Assembly: GCA_963662265.2 (NCBI GenBank)
Contig: CAXXHA010000013.1
Coordinates: 1-64,000 of the forward strand
DNA from: Spirochaetia bacterium
GTDB taxonomy: Bacteria > Spirochaetota > Spirochaetia > CADAEX01
Direction of reading: 5' to 3'
Length of the DNA stretch: 64,000 bases
Shown: positions 20,241 through 31,250 of the stretch, in pieces
Layout of the letters: each line of letters begins with the position of its first letter
Numbering within the stretch: the first letter of the stretch is position 1
Translations under genes and position numbers: made by a program
The notes under the pieces: model-generated
What the model saw: only the letters and a program-made list of their open reading frames with translations
Databases searched by the model: none
What the model was told of the DNA's origin: nothing

Positions 20241-21473
20241 TTAGATAAAATCCTTTATATCAATTTCTTTCTGTATATTCTCAAATCTTGCAACAAGCAT
20301 TGCAGATAAACCGGCAGTCATTACATCGAGAAGAACGCTGAAGCTCAGGAGGAATGGAAGTACCGGGCTGAAAATCAGAAAACCGTCTTCTATTCCATGT
20401 CCGTATGCTGAACAGATCAGAGCAAGCGCTGTTACTGTGCCTGCAGCAGGAACAGTGCAGAGAATAAATGAGCAGAGAAAAACTGCTGTCAAAAGCCATA
20501 ATATCTGTGTGAGTGTGATTCCGATTCCTGAATAGGAATTAAGTATCATGATAAAGCAGACTGAAGTAACCATGGCAGTTCCTGCCCGGCCGAAAACAGT
20601 AAACAGGGATATTGTTACAGAGCCTGACTGTCTCGGTACTCCCAAATTCTCATGACCGTGTTTAATAAGTATGTTATTTGCAAGGTAGTTGTCACCTGTA
20701 AGGAAACCTGTAAGTGCTGCACCTGTAAGGGCAAAGATATATTTATAAGGTTTTTCCTTCATTCCAAGTATGTATAAAATCGCCGGAAAAATTAGAAAGA
20801 TCAGAAATACTGTGTTTGTGAGGAGAATCAGGAAAAGCTGTTTATATAAGGCAATGTGCTGTATGGATGAAATCTTAAAAACCATGATTGCTGAAAAAAC
20901 AATGATTCCTGGAGCCATTATTTCCAGTATGAAGCTGTTTATATGGAAAAAAATCCGGTTCAGAGAATCAAACAGCTGTACTACAGGTTTTGTTGCAGTC
21001 CTGTCATAATTAAGATTCAGCCCGATGAGAAATGCCAGGAAAATAATCGGGAGAATGAAATTTCCGCTGCTGTTGAAAACTGAAAAAAGATTTGACGGAA
21101 ATATTTCAAGGAGCTGTTCCTTGAATGTCATAATATTTAATGTTTCTTTTTTTTCAAGAAGTACCGGGATTCTGTCCGGTGAAAAAATTAATGTGCTTAA
21201 AATTCCAGTTACAGTCAGCAGGAGTGTGGAGACTACAAGTGCAATAATTGATTTCCAGTGTATTGAAAGAAATCTTCTGCTGTTAAGCAGTTCATGAACA
21301 GCGATAGTCAGTGAAAAAAACAAAAGCGGATAAAAACAATATTTACCAAGGCTGACAAAGACTTCAGAAACCGGTGTCAGGAATTTTAATGCAACCTGAT
21401 AATTATCTGAAAAAATAAATGCAAAGACTGTTCCGATTATTATAGCTATTAAATATTTAATCCATATTTTCAT
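20241..21473 (-). CDS. Dicarboxylate/amino acid:cation symporter (DAACS, divergent)
   Basis: MKIWIKYLIA start, IFPSNLF, GRAGTAM, LLDVMTA; SDF-family topology. Confidence 0.8.
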   Translation of the reverse strand: MKIWIKYLIAIIIGTVFAFIFSDNYQVALKFLTPVSEVFVSLGKYCFYPLLFFSLTIAVHELLNSRRFLSIHWKSIIALVVSTLLLTVTGILSTLIFSPDRIPVLLEKKETLNIMTFKEQLLEIFPSNLFSVFNSSGNFILPIIFLAFLIGLNLNYDRTATKPVVQLFDSLNRIFFHINSFILEIMAPGIIVFSAIMVFKISSIQHIALYKQLFLILLTNTVFLIFLIFPAILYILGMKEKPYKYIFALTGAALTGFLTGDNYLANNILIKHGHENLGVPRQSGSVTISLFTVFGRAGTAMVTSVCFIMILNSYSGIGITLTQILWLLTAVFLCSFILCTVPAAGTVTALALICSAYGHGIEDGFLIFSPVLPFLLSFSVLLDVMTAGLSAMLVARFENIQKEIDIKDFI

Positions 21474-21602
21474 AATAAAACAATATAATAATAACACTCT
21501 CCAAGTCAATCAAATTGATATATATTCATAACTTATGCAGATATGGGAGTAAATAATTGTCAGATTTTTTGTTTTACTGTCGGAGCTGCTTAAATGCTGT
21601 TT

Positions 21603-22253
21603 TTATTGTTTTCCTGCAAAGGGTTTGAAAAAGGAATTCATCTGAAGCTGTTTCAACCATTTGCCTCCGATTTTCTTTTCTTTCTGCAGCAGGTTGAAAA
21701 AGAATTCTGCAAATTGTTCCGGTTCGTCGTAGTTGTTTTCAACTCCGTATATAAGAAGTGAATCACTGCTGTTTTTCAAAGCTGAATTGATAAATGCTCT
21801 GTAGACAGTTGTAAACATCTCATCCCTGTTTTTTGCATTTAAAATGAGATAGAGATGGGACTGCGGTTTTTTGCCGAGTTCATTGATAATTTCTTTTGTT
21901 ATTGTAACAAGACTTCTGAAGTAGAAGTCTATGGATTTCTGGATTTCAATATGTGACTGAGTTATAAAGGATTCTGATGCAGCAGGGGGTGTAAAAACAA
22001 CAGCTGCTGTGCTGAAGTCTGAAGTTTGTTTTGACTGCAGTATGATGTTTTTAGGTGATATGGTAGAAAAGCAGTTCCAGTCCAGTCTTGAAAGTTTCTG
22101 TTCAGAAGTATCTTTTTCTGTTTCCTGTTCTTCTGAAAGCGGATTTTTATTTACAACTGTCTGGATAACTTTGTAATTATTCAGCAGGAAAATATCTGTT
22201 ATTTTTTTCCCGCAACGGGAATCCTGGTCAGCAATTAATATTGAGTTATTCAT
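21603..22253 (-). CDS. Hypothetical protein, degenerate SDR/Rossmann-like
   Basis: ILIADQDSRCGKKI N-terminus and DWN motif; no YxxxK. Confidence 0.6.
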   Translation of the reverse strand: MNNSILIADQDSRCGKKITDIFLLNNYKVIQTVVNKNPLSEEQETEKDTSEQKLSRLDWNCFSTISPKNIILQSKQTSDFSTAAVVFTPPAASESFITQSHIEIQKSIDFYFRSLVTITKEIINELGKKPQSHLYLILNAKNRDEMFTTVYRAFINSALKNSSDSLLIYGVENNYDEPEQFAEFFFNLLQKEKKIGGKWLKQLQMNSFFKPFAGKQ

Positions 22254-22504
22254 CCTGAAGTGATTTTATATTTATTTTCAATTGATTGTCAATCAATAAC
22301 AGCCGGCTGGAGACTCTGCAGAATTTAAATTGAATTACGGCTGAAACGGCAGATGATTTTTATATTTCCGGATGTTGTGATTTTATCTTTTTTAAAGTAT
22401 TTTATTTGTGTGAATCTGCTACTGGTTTTGTTTCAGACAGTGTTTCTGAACACAGTACTGCAGATTGTTTACAAGTCTGATAATTGTAAGTCCGGAGGGT
22501 AGTT

Positions 22505-24148
22505 ATGAAAATAGCATTGGCGCAGATCAATACAACAATTGGTGATTTTGAAGCAAACAGGGAAAAAATTCTTGATTATACAAAAAAGGCTCTTTCTGCA
22601 GGCGCGGAAATAGCATTGTTTCCCGAACTCTCAATCTGCGGTTATCCTCCGCTTGATCTTCTTGATCAGAGTGCTTTCTATGAAAAAAATGTTGAATCAC
22701 TCAGGTGGCTTCAGAAAAGAATTCCTTCAGGTATTGCTGCAGTTGTCGGTCATGTAGGGGAGAATAGCAGTTTTTCCGGAAAACCCTATTATAATTGTGC
22801 AACCGTAATAAAAGACATGGAAATCATACATACACAGGAAAAGACTCTGCTTCCCACTTACGATGTTTTTGATGAGTCAAGATATTTTGAATCTTCATCA
22901 GAAAGAAAGGTTTTTAAATATAATGGAAAAAAAATCGGAATAGCTATTTGTGAGGATTTATGGTGCCAGTCATCAGTCGGGAAACAGGAAAGGTACCAGC
23001 TTGATCCTGTAAAAGAACTTCTCGATAAAGGGGCTGAAATTATTATTTCCCCTTCTGCATCACCTTTCTTTGCGGGAAAGACAACAGACAGGCTTGATCT
23101 TCTCGGTACAATATCGAGAAGAGGGGAAGTTGATGTTGTATATGTTAATTCCATTGGTGGTAATGACAGTATTATTTTTGACGGCAACTCAATGATCACA
23201 GACAGCAGGGGAAATCTGATTCTTCAGGGTAAGAGCTTTGAAGAGGACCTGATTATTTATGATACAGATACTGAATATTCCCCTGTCGGACTAAGAGAGG
23301 ATTATTACGGTGATATTGAGAAAGCCCTGATAACCGGGCTGAGAGATTACCTTGGGAAATGCGGATTTTCAAAAGTTCATCTTGGTCTTTCAGGCGGTGT
23401 AGATTCAGCTATTATCGCTGTTCTTGCGGTGAAAGCTCTTGGTAAGGATAATGTGCGGGTTTTTGCACTGCCGTCTGAGTTTTCATCAGAGGGAAGTGTT
23501 TCCGATGCACAGAAATTGTCAGATAATCTCGGACTTAAACTTGATATGATAAAAATCAAGCCGCTATATGAAAGTTATCTTGAGTCCCTTGCCCCGTTTT
23601 TTGAAGGAAGGCCTTTTGACCTTGCTGAGGAAAACCTCCAGGCCAGAATCAGGGGGACTCTGATGATGGGGTATTCAAATAAATTCAATTCACTGCTCCT
23701 GACTACCGGGAACAAGAGCGAGCTTTCTACCGGCTACTGCACACTATACGGTGATATGGCAGGGGGGCTTGGTGTAATAGGAGACCTCTTCAAGACAGAT
23801 GTTTACGGCTTGTGCAGGTATATAAATGAAAGAGACGGTGAGGTAATTCCTGTATCAATTCTGGATAAGGCCCCGTCTGCAGAACTCCGTCCTGACCAGA
23901 AGGATGAAGATTCCCTTCCTCCCTATGATCTTCTTGATAGAATACTGACGCTTTATATTCTTGAAAACAGGTCAAAAGGGGAAATTGTCAAAAAGGGATA
24001 TGATCCTGATACTGTTGAATTTATTATCAAACTTGTTGCCAGATGCGAATACAAGAGGATACAGGCTCCTCTGGTTCTCAAGATATCGCAGAGAGCTTTC
24101 GGGATAGGGCGGAGGGTTCCTCTTGCCAGAAAGATTTATGAATCCTGA
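22505..24148 (+). CDS. nadE: Glutamine-dependent NAD+ synthetase
   Basis: Nitrilase domain (FPEL, ICEDLW) plus LGLSGGVDS, ENLQARIRG, TGNKSE, PSAEL. Confidence 0.96.
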   Translation: MKIALAQINTTIGDFEANREKILDYTKKALSAGAEIALFPELSICGYPPLDLLDQSAFYEKNVESLRWLQKRIPSGIAAVVGHVGENSSFSGKPYYNCATVIKDMEIIHTQEKTLLPTYDVFDESRYFESSSERKVFKYNGKKIGIAICEDLWCQSSVGKQERYQLDPVKELLDKGAEIIISPSASPFFAGKTTDRLDLLGTISRRGEVDVVYVNSIGGNDSIIFDGNSMITDSRGNLILQGKSFEEDLIIYDTDTEYSPVGLREDYYGDIEKALITGLRDYLGKCGFSKVHLGLSGGVDSAIIAVLAVKALGKDNVRVFALPSEFSSEGSVSDAQKLSDNLGLKLDMIKIKPLYESYLESLAPFFEGRPFDLAEENLQARIRGTLMMGYSNKFNSLLLTTGNKSELSTGYCTLYGDMAGGLGVIGDLFKTDVYGLCRYINERDGEVIPVSILDKAPSAELRPDQKDEDSLPPYDLLDRILTLYILENRSKGEIVKKGYDPDTVEFIIKLVARCEYKRIQAPLVLKISQRAFGIGRRVPLARKIYES

Positions 24149-24299
24149 TTTCCCTAAATGCTGCCGGCTTTGTGCAGCGCATTTTTCTGAAGTATCCGGT
24201 CATTGAGATTGTTTACTGTATTCAGATAAAAAAAGGGACAGCCAGTTCAGATTACTTCTGTTCCGGCAGTCCCTTTTTTATTGATTTATCCGGGATATA

Positions 24300-26096
24300 T
24301 CAGGATAGCTTGAATTTATTGATTTCGGTATCCAGTTTTTTGATAAAAACATCATTGTTTTTTGTCTGTTCAATCAATGTGTTCATTGATTCTTTGATAT
24401 TTACTGTAAAGTTGTTTATCTTTGCTATTGCTTCCTCTGTCATTTTTTTATTTGACTTGAGATCCTGAAGAATAGATCCTATGCTCATACTTCGTTTATT
24501 TGTATCAAGAGCACTGTTTTCTATTGATTTTGTTATGCTGGACAGGTTTGAAGAGGATTCTGTTATTTCTCCTGTACCTGAAGACATTTCATTCATGTTG
24601 GCAGCTATTTCTGAAAAAGCATTGATAAAGCGCTGCATTTTGCTGTTTATATTTTCAAATGAATCCCTGCTGTCGTTTGAAGCAGTTTCAGCTGTTTGTA
24701 TTTTATCTGTAATTATTGTCAGAAGAGAGCTGATCTTGTTTGAGTTGTCTGAAGTTGATTCGGCAAGTTTCCTGATTTCATCAGCAACAACTGCAAATCC
24801 TTTTCCATATTCACCTGCATGGGCAGCTTCTATCGATGCATTCATTGCAAGAAGGTTTGTCTGGCTTGCAATACTGTTGATTATTTCAAGGATTTCATAC
24901 ATATCAGATGCATGCTTGGATATATCTGAAACAATATTCCTTGTCTGCTCAATTCGTTCTCCCCCTTCTTCTGCTGTTTCGAGAAGGTTCTTGCTTTCCT
25001 GCTGGTTTTTGGAAGCAATTGAAGAAACATTGTTTATTGTTGCGGAAAGCTCTTCAAGTGCAGCTGAAGTCTGGCTTACTGCTGTTGCCTGGTCTTCAAT
25101 CTGGTTTGTAAGGCTGCTTATGTTTGTGCTTATTACTTCGGATGATTCAGAAGTGGTCTCTATTGAATTTGACAGCCCTTTAAACTGCACTTCCACAGTT
25201 GAAAGCAGATTAGTTATATTCAGGATATCATCAGATGTTCTGTTTGCAGAATCAATGACTCTTTCACTTATTCTTACAGTGTTTCCTGAAGCATCTTTAA
25301 CTTCAAAAATCAGTTTTTTTAAGTTATCAATAGCTCTCTTGAAGTTGGAAGAGAATTTTCCGATTTCATCATCTTTTTTATAATCTGGTACATATGTAAG
25401 GTCTCCTTCCGCTATTTTTGAAGTTGAGTTGATAATCATCTTTACTGGTTTTGAAAGTGAATTCGCAATTCTAATAGAAAATACTATTGAGAACAGGATA
25501 CTTAATATAATAAGCAGTATTGTTATGTTCTGGGATATTGCCTGAATTCTATGAGCTTGTTGAATTCTGGTATCAAGTTCTTTTTTTATTTTAACAACGA
25601 TCGAGTCTATCTCCTCTTGAAGTCTTTGAGATAAGGGCGCAAAGCTCATTTTTTTATATGTGTCTCCATAACTTTTACCTCTATGGATATACGCGCCTGC
25701 CATTGTAGTCCCTTCATCAAAAAAACTTTGGTACATGGGAGTCGATGCGTAAAAATAATCTGTAATATAATCAAAATCAGTTCCGACCAGGCTGTTTGCA
25801 ACTTCAAGCATTTTTTCTAAAGTATCTGTTGCAGTTTGTTCTGCTTCACCAAGCTGTGCATAATCCTTGGAAAGTGATGCACTGTAATAGTGAAGTTCTA
25901 TTGATTTGATATTTTTCTGTATATCAAGGAGGTTGATTGTTACAGGAACAAGTTGTCTGGTAATGTAGTTTATAGTTTTTATATTCTTTTTGCTTGAATA
26001 AAGCATAAAAGATAATGATATCATAAATATAAGCAACAGAACTGAACAATTTAGAAGTATTTTACTTTTAAAGGTTTTGAAGCCATGTCTTTTCAT
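24300..26096 (-). CDS. Methyl-accepting chemotaxis protein
   Basis: TM-sensor-TM-HAMP plus [38 protein letters not shown]. Confidence 0.95.
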   Translation of the reverse strand: MKRHGFKTFKSKILLNCSVLLLIFMISLSFMLYSSKKNIKTINYITRQLVPVTINLLDIQKNIKSIELHYYSASLSKDYAQLGEAEQTATDTLEKMLEVANSLVGTDFDYITDYFYASTPMYQSFFDEGTTMAGAYIHRGKSYGDTYKKMSFAPLSQRLQEEIDSIVVKIKKELDTRIQQAHRIQAISQNITILLIILSILFSIVFSIRIANSLSKPVKMIINSTSKIAEGDLTYVPDYKKDDEIGKFSSNFKRAIDNLKKLIFEVKDASGNTVRISERVIDSANRTSDDILNITNLLSTVEVQFKGLSNSIETTSESSEVISTNISSLTNQIEDQATAVSQTSAALEELSATINNVSSIASKNQQESKNLLETAEEGGERIEQTRNIVSDISKHASDMYEILEIINSIASQTNLLAMNASIEAAHAGEYGKGFAVVADEIRKLAESTSDNSNKISSLLTIITDKIQTAETASNDSRDSFENINSKMQRFINAFSEIAANMNEMSSGTGEITESSSNLSSITKSIENSALDTNKRSMSIGSILQDLKSNKKMTEEAIAKINNFTVNIKESMNTLIEQTKNNDVFIKKLDTEINKFKLS

Positions 26097-27360
26097 TTTA
26101 ATTAACCCTCTTGTATAAAGTAGATATATTGTACCTTATCTTTTTGAAATTGGCACGCAACTTCTTTTATTGTTGTGCCGTTTGAGTACCTGAATGGATA
26201 AAAAAAACTCCGGGTCTTCCGGAGTTTTTAAGATTATAGTTATTGCTTATGTAATTCTTTATGAAAGCTTGAATTTATTGATTTCGGTATCCAGCTTTTT
26301 AATGAAATCATCATTGTTTTTTGTCTGTTCGATCAATGTGTTCATTGATTCTTTGATATTTACTGTAAAGTTGTTTATCTTTGCTATTGCTTCCTCTGTC
26401 ATTTTTTCATTTGACTTGAGATCCTGAAGAATAGATCCTATGCTCATACTTCGTTTATTTGTATCAAGAGCACTGTTTTCTATTGATTTTGTTATGCTGG
26501 ACAGGTTTGAAGAGGATTCTGTTATTTCTCCTGTACCTGAAGACATTTCATTCATGTTGGCAGCTATTTCTGAAAAAGCATTGATAAAGCGCTGCATTTT
26601 GCTGTTTATATTTTCAAATGAATCCCTGCTGTCGTTTGAAGCAGTTTCAGCTGTTTGTATTTTATCTGTAATTATTGTCAGAAGAGAGCTGATCTTGTTT
26701 GAGTTGTCTGAAGTTGATTCGGCAAGTTTCCTGATTTCATCAGCAACAACTGCAAATCCTTTTCCATATTCACCTGCATGGGCAGCTTCTATCGATGCAT
26801 TCATTGCAAGAAGGTTTGTCTGGCTTGCAATACTGTTGATTATTTCAAGGATTTCATACATATCAGATGCATGCTTGGATATATCTGAAACAATATTCCT
26901 TGTCTGCTCAATTCGTTCTCCCCCTTCTTCTGCTGTTTCGAGAAGGTTCTTGCTTTCCTGCTGGTTTTTGGAAGCAATTGAAGAAACATTGTTTATTGTT
27001 GCGGAAAGCTCTTCAAGTGCAGCTGAAGTCTGGCTTACTGCTGTTGCCTGGTCTTCAATCTGGTTTGTAAGGCTGCTTATGTTTGTGCTTATTACTTCGG
27101 ATGATTCAGAAGTGGTCTCTATTGAATTTGACAGCCCTTTAAACTGCACTTCCACAGTTGAAAGCAGATTAGTTATATTCAGGATATCATCAGATGTTCT
27201 GTTTGCAGAATCAATGACTCTTTCACTTATTCTTACAGTGTTTCCTGAAGCATCTTTAACTTCAAAAATCAGTTTTTTTAAGTTATCAATAGCTCTCTTG
27301 AAGTTGGAAGAGAATTTTCCGATTTCATCATCTTTTTTATAATCTGGTACATATGTGAGG
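24305..27360. repeat. ~1.1 kb direct repeat (24305-25400 / 26264-27360), offset 1959
   Basis: Identical 300-aa antisense ORF translations at 24481 and 26440; core 24450-25397 appears identical to 26409-27356. Confidence 0.9.
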
Positions 27361-28055
27361 TCCCCGTCAGCAATTTTGGATGTTGATTTGATAATAAGTT
27401 CAATCGGTTTTGACAGAGAATTTGCTATTCTGAATGATATAAATACGGCAATTGCTATACTGAGGATAACAAGTATGAGAATAATTTTCTGAGATATGCT
27501 CTGAAGTTTTTCCGCCTTCCTTATCTGTAGGTTCAGGTTTTCCTTGAGTTTCATTGCTATTGTATCGATTTCTCCCTGAAGCCTGATTGAAAGAGGGGCA
27601 AACGCCATTCTCCTGTAGCTGTTGCCGTGATAATCGCCTTTTTCAATATAGGCCATAGCCATTTTCTTGCCTTCGTTGTAGTAGGTGTCATATACCTCTT
27701 CCGAAGAGGTGAAATAGGCTGAAATATCTGAGAATGCAGAATTCTGAAGAGTATTACCTACTGTTTTCATTTTTTCCTTTAAAGTATCAAAAACATTTTT
27801 TGAAGTTTCCAGCCATATCTCTTCGTGTGAAAGCGAAGCGCTGTAAAAAAGCAGTTCAATTTCTTTAATATCTTTCTGAATATCAAGAAGGTCGATTGTA
27901 ACAGGGACAAGTTTGTTTGTTATGTAATTAATTGTGTTGAGATTTTTCCTGCTTGAATAAATCATAAAAGATAATGAAACAAGAAAAATAATCAGGAGAA
28001 TAGTGCATCCTCCGAGAATTTTGCTTTTAAAAGTTTTAACCTGAAATATCCTCAT
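26259..28055 (-). CDS. Methyl-accepting chemotaxis protein (tandem paralog)
   Basis: Same signalling domain as 24300..26096, divergent periplasmic sensor. Confidence 0.95.
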   Translation of the reverse strand: MRIFQVKTFKSKILGGCTILLIIFLVSLSFMIYSSRKNLNTINYITNKLVPVTIDLLDIQKDIKEIELLFYSASLSHEEIWLETSKNVFDTLKEKMKTVGNTLQNSAFSDISAYFTSSEEVYDTYYNEGKKMAMAYIEKGDYHGNSYRRMAFAPLSIRLQGEIDTIAMKLKENLNLQIRKAEKLQSISQKIILILVILSIAIAVFISFRIANSLSKPIELIIKSTSKIADGDLTYVPDYKKDDEIGKFSSNFKRAIDNLKKLIFEVKDASGNTVRISERVIDSANRTSDDILNITNLLSTVEVQFKGLSNSIETTSESSEVISTNISSLTNQIEDQATAVSQTSAALEELSATINNVSSIASKNQQESKNLLETAEEGGERIEQTRNIVSDISKHASDMYEILEIINSIASQTNLLAMNASIEAAHAGEYGKGFAVVADEIRKLAESTSDNSNKISSLLTIITDKIQTAETASNDSRDSFENINSKMQRFINAFSEIAANMNEMSSGTGEITESSSNLSSITKSIENSALDTNKRSMSIGSILQDLKSNEKMTEEAIAKINNFTVNIKESMNTLIEQTKNNDDFIKKLDTEINKFKLS

Positions 28056-28405
28056 GTTGTTTCCTCTGTAATCCCCCGAAGTTCGAGTATGTCGTTAAAT
28101 TCTGTTTAGATAAATCCTTATTATAGATAATTTTTTTAATTTGCTTATTCTACAACAGATTTCAAATTAGTGCGATTTTTTTATTAAAAATTATTAAATG
28201 ATTATTATAAGCGTGAATTCGGAGTATTTGTAACCTTTTTAATATTCATTATTAAATAAAAAAGGGGAATAGAATATCCCCTTTTTCCATGGTTTTTAAA
28301 CACAGGTTCTGTTAAGGTCAAGGATCAGTCAGATCCTGAAAACGCTTATCTTAACCTGAAGAATATATTTAAACAGGTATCAGTTATCTGCCAGTGTACT
28401 GGCTC

Positions 28406-29746
28406 CTAGCGTTCGGAAATTGGTACATATTTCCTTTTTTCGGAAACATTCTTATATGCCGGTCTTATAATTCTTCCACCGCTTACAATTTCTTCAAGCC
28501 TGTGAGCTGCCCATCCGGCCATTCTTGCGATTGCGAAAATTGGAGTATAGAGTGCTGTCGGTATATTAAGCATTCTGTAGACAAAGCCTGAATAGAAATC
28601 TACATTGGCGGATATGACTTTTTCAAATCCCCTTTCACTGAACATTGCATCGGGAGTGAGTTTCTCAACACTCATATAAAGGTTGAATTCTTTCTCCATT
28701 CCCTTTGCTGCAGCCAGTTCACGTGCTTTCTGCTTGAGAAGCACAGCTCTGGGATCAGATTTTGTGTAAATTGCATGTCCGTAACCGTAAATAAGGCCGG
28801 CCTTGTCAAATGCCTCTTTTCTGATGATTTTTCCAAGGTAGGATTTGATTTCATCTTCATCATTCCAGTCACCCACATTTTCCATTATATTATCCATCAT
28901 TCTGAGTGCTTTTTTATTTGCACCCCCGTGTCTTGGCCCTTTCATTGAACAGAGAGCTGCTGCAATAGCTGCATATGTGTCAGTATTTGTGGATGTTACT
29001 ACATGGTTTGTGAATGTGGAGTTGTTACCTCCCCCGTGTTCGGCGTGAAGAATAAGCGCAAGGTCGAGAACCTGTTTTTCCAGTTCTGTGAAATGACTGT
29101 CAGGCCTTATCAGGTGAAGCAGGTTTCCGGCAGTTCCAATTCCCTGTTTCGGTCTGTGTATATAAAGGCTTTTTCCGTCATGGTAGTGTGATTTTGCCTG
29201 ATATCCATAGGCTGCCATGGTGGGAAGTCTTGCAATCAGTTCAAGACACTGCCTTGTTACATTTTCAACACTGATGTCATCTGCCTGGCTGTCATAGGAA
29301 TATGATACAAGAACACTTCTTGCCAGTTTATTCATAATATCCCTGCTGGGAGCTCTCATTATCATATCTTCGGCAAAGCCGTCAGGAAGATCTCTGAAGG
29401 AATCAAGAAGCATATTGAACTCTTCCAGTTCGGAAGCTGTAGGAAATTCTCCGAAAATAAGGAAATAAGCAGTTTCTTCAAAGCCGTTTCTGTTTTCTGA
29501 AATTATGTTGGTTACAATTTCATTTATATTTACTCCTCTGTAAAGAAGCCTTCCCTCGTCAGGAACCCGTTCCCCTTCATCAAAAATATACCCGTGTACA
29601 TCCCCTATTTCTGTGAGACCTACAAGAACTCCTGATTCATCCTTGTTTCTTAAGCCTCTTTTTACATTATATTTTGTGTAAAGAGCTGGATCTATTTTAT
29701 TTCTCTGAGCAATTTTTTCATCAAGTTTTTTTATAAAATCTGTCAT
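28406..29746 (-). CDS. gltA: Citrate synthase (citrate/2-methylcitrate synthase family)
   Basis: HAEHGGGNNST, GPRHGGAN, GYGHAIY, DPRA, ANVDFYSG: full catalytic triad. Confidence 0.93.
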   Translation of the reverse strand: MTDFIKKLDEKIAQRNKIDPALYTKYNVKRGLRNKDESGVLVGLTEIGDVHGYIFDEGERVPDEGRLLYRGVNINEIVTNIISENRNGFEETAYFLIFGEFPTASELEEFNMLLDSFRDLPDGFAEDMIMRAPSRDIMNKLARSVLVSYSYDSQADDISVENVTRQCLELIARLPTMAAYGYQAKSHYHDGKSLYIHRPKQGIGTAGNLLHLIRPDSHFTELEKQVLDLALILHAEHGGGNNSTFTNHVVTSTNTDTYAAIAAALCSMKGPRHGGANKKALRMMDNIMENVGDWNDEDEIKSYLGKIIRKEAFDKAGLIYGYGHAIYTKSDPRAVLLKQKARELAAAKGMEKEFNLYMSVEKLTPDAMFSERGFEKVISANVDFYSGFVYRMLNIPTALYTPIFAIARMAGWAAHRLEEIVSGGRIIRPAYKNVSEKRKYVPISER

Positions 29747-29789
29747 AAAGGAAGCCTCCTGAGAATTCCTAACTGTAGATTAAGATTTC

Positions 29790-29806
29790 CATAAATTATG
29801 GTTATG
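29790..29806. promoter_or_regulatory. Putative LysR-type operator upstream of gltA
   Basis: CATAA-N7-TTATG. Confidence 0.4.
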
Positions 29807-30188
29807 TTTTAATTGTACAATACTAATATATAATTCTTAATCAGTACAGTTGTTTTCGACATTTGCTCATTTTCAGTTTTATGTTGAAAAGAGGCTGTTT
29901 TGTAAAAATTATTCTATTTATAAAAGGATATTATTTTCAGAAGAATATTGGGTGATTATTCCTGTCATATCAGCTGTTTGAAATGATTTTTGCCATGTTT
30001 GGCTGGCTGTTTCATTAAGCTCCACTTATATTTTCATTGAAATAAAAAAAATAGTTTTTTTAATGATCTTTTTGCTGAAAATAATGCAATTATCTGCCTG
30101 TTTATCAGTATTCTTTATATTATTACTTTCAGTTCATGTATGTATTGAAATGTTTAGAAAATGTTAAAAAACAGGAAAATAAGGGGTT

Positions 30189-30258
30189 TTTAATAACCGA
30201 GGGTTATTAAAGATATGAATATAAATAAGTTGACTTTATGTATGAATTAATCTAAGTT
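30189..30258 (+). promoter_or_regulatory. LysR-type operator plus sigma70 promoter of CS-like operon
   Basis: Perfect palindrome TTTAATAACC-GAG-GGTTATTAAA (30189-30211) then TTGACT-N17-TAAGTT (30230-30258). Confidence 0.6.
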
Positions 30259-30353
30259 TTGGTTGACTTTAATAAAGCTGATTATTACCTGAATATCGTA
30301 GCTTGAAAAAACATTTTGATAAAAGGGTATTAACTTTTATAGGAGGAGAAAGA

Positions 30354-31250
30354 ATGGATCGTAAACCATTGATCCAGCGAAAGACAATGATCTCTTACAA
30401 AACTGAAGAAAAAACAGTTTTAAGAGGTTATAATGTAAGCGATCTTGCAGAAGCTGGTTACACATTTGCTGACGGATTATTTATCCTTTACCAGGGTAGA
30501 ATCCCTTCAGAAAACGAAAGAAGAATGCTCGATTATGAGCTCGGAGAATTCCTCGAGCACTCAATGTCACCTTCAGCTGTTTCTTCAATAGCTGTAATTA
30601 ACGGACATCCAATGCTTCCAGCTGCTGTTGCTGCTTCAATCATGACTTTTGGTGGAGCTCACGGACCAGGAGCACAGCACGGATACATGCTTAAAAAATA
30701 TCTCGACAGAGCTGCTGACCAGGGTAAAACTCCTGAAGAAGTTGCTGTTGAGTGTGTTAACGAATACATGGACTCAGGCAGAGCTGTTATGGGTATGGGC
30801 CAGCCACAGCACCTTGACGGTGACCCTCGAGCGGAACCAACTCACCTTACACAGGAAGCACTCGGAGTAGACGGTGTATACCTCAAATTCCAGAGAGCTC
30901 TTGAAGAAAAATTCTATGCAAGAAGAGCAGAAGAAGGAAGAAGCTATGTTGCTGTAAACATGGTTGGTGCTGGTAACACAGCTCTTGCTGATATCGGATT
31001 TGCTCCTAACGCTGCATGGGCTCTTGGCTGTACAGTACGAGGATACAGCTGTGCTGCACACGCTCTCTACACTCTTAAGAAAGGTAGAGCATGGGCTGCT
31101 TCAAGAAATGAGCCGATGGTTCAGATGCTTGACCTTGCTATGATCAAGTATGTTGGTCCGGAAGACAGGGCTGTTCCTTCACAGGATGAAAGAGCAGAAT
31201 ATGCTAAAAAACAGTTAGAATCAGGAGAATTTAGAAGATGGCTGATATAA
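30354..31250 (+). CDS. Citrate synthase-fold (citryl-CoA lyase-like) protein A
   Basis: LRGYNVSDL, EHSMSPSA, FGGAHGPG, GMGQPQH..DPRA, VNMVGA; ATG 30354 after AGGAGG. Confidence 0.78.
   Translation: MDRKPLIQRKTMISYKTEEKTVLRGYNVSDLAEAGYTFADGLFILYQGRIPSENERRMLDYELGEFLEHSMSPSAVSSIAVINGHPMLPAAVAASIMTFGGAHGPGAQHGYMLKKYLDRAADQGKTPEEVAVECVNEYMDSGRAVMGMGQPQHLDGDPRAEPTHLTQEALGVDGVYLKFQRALEEKFYARRAEEGRSYVAVNMVGAGNTALADIGFAPNAAWALGCTVRGYSCAAHALYTLKKGRAWAASRNEPMVQMLDLAMIKYVGPEDRAVPSQDERAEYAKKQLESGEFRRWLI

Noticed and set aside
26151-26166. TGGCAC as a sigma-54 promoter
   Set aside because: No GC at -12, and wrong orientation for the minus-strand MCP.
24481-27342. Two 300-aa + strand ORFs
   Set aside because: Antisense shadows of the MCP genes, duplicated with them.
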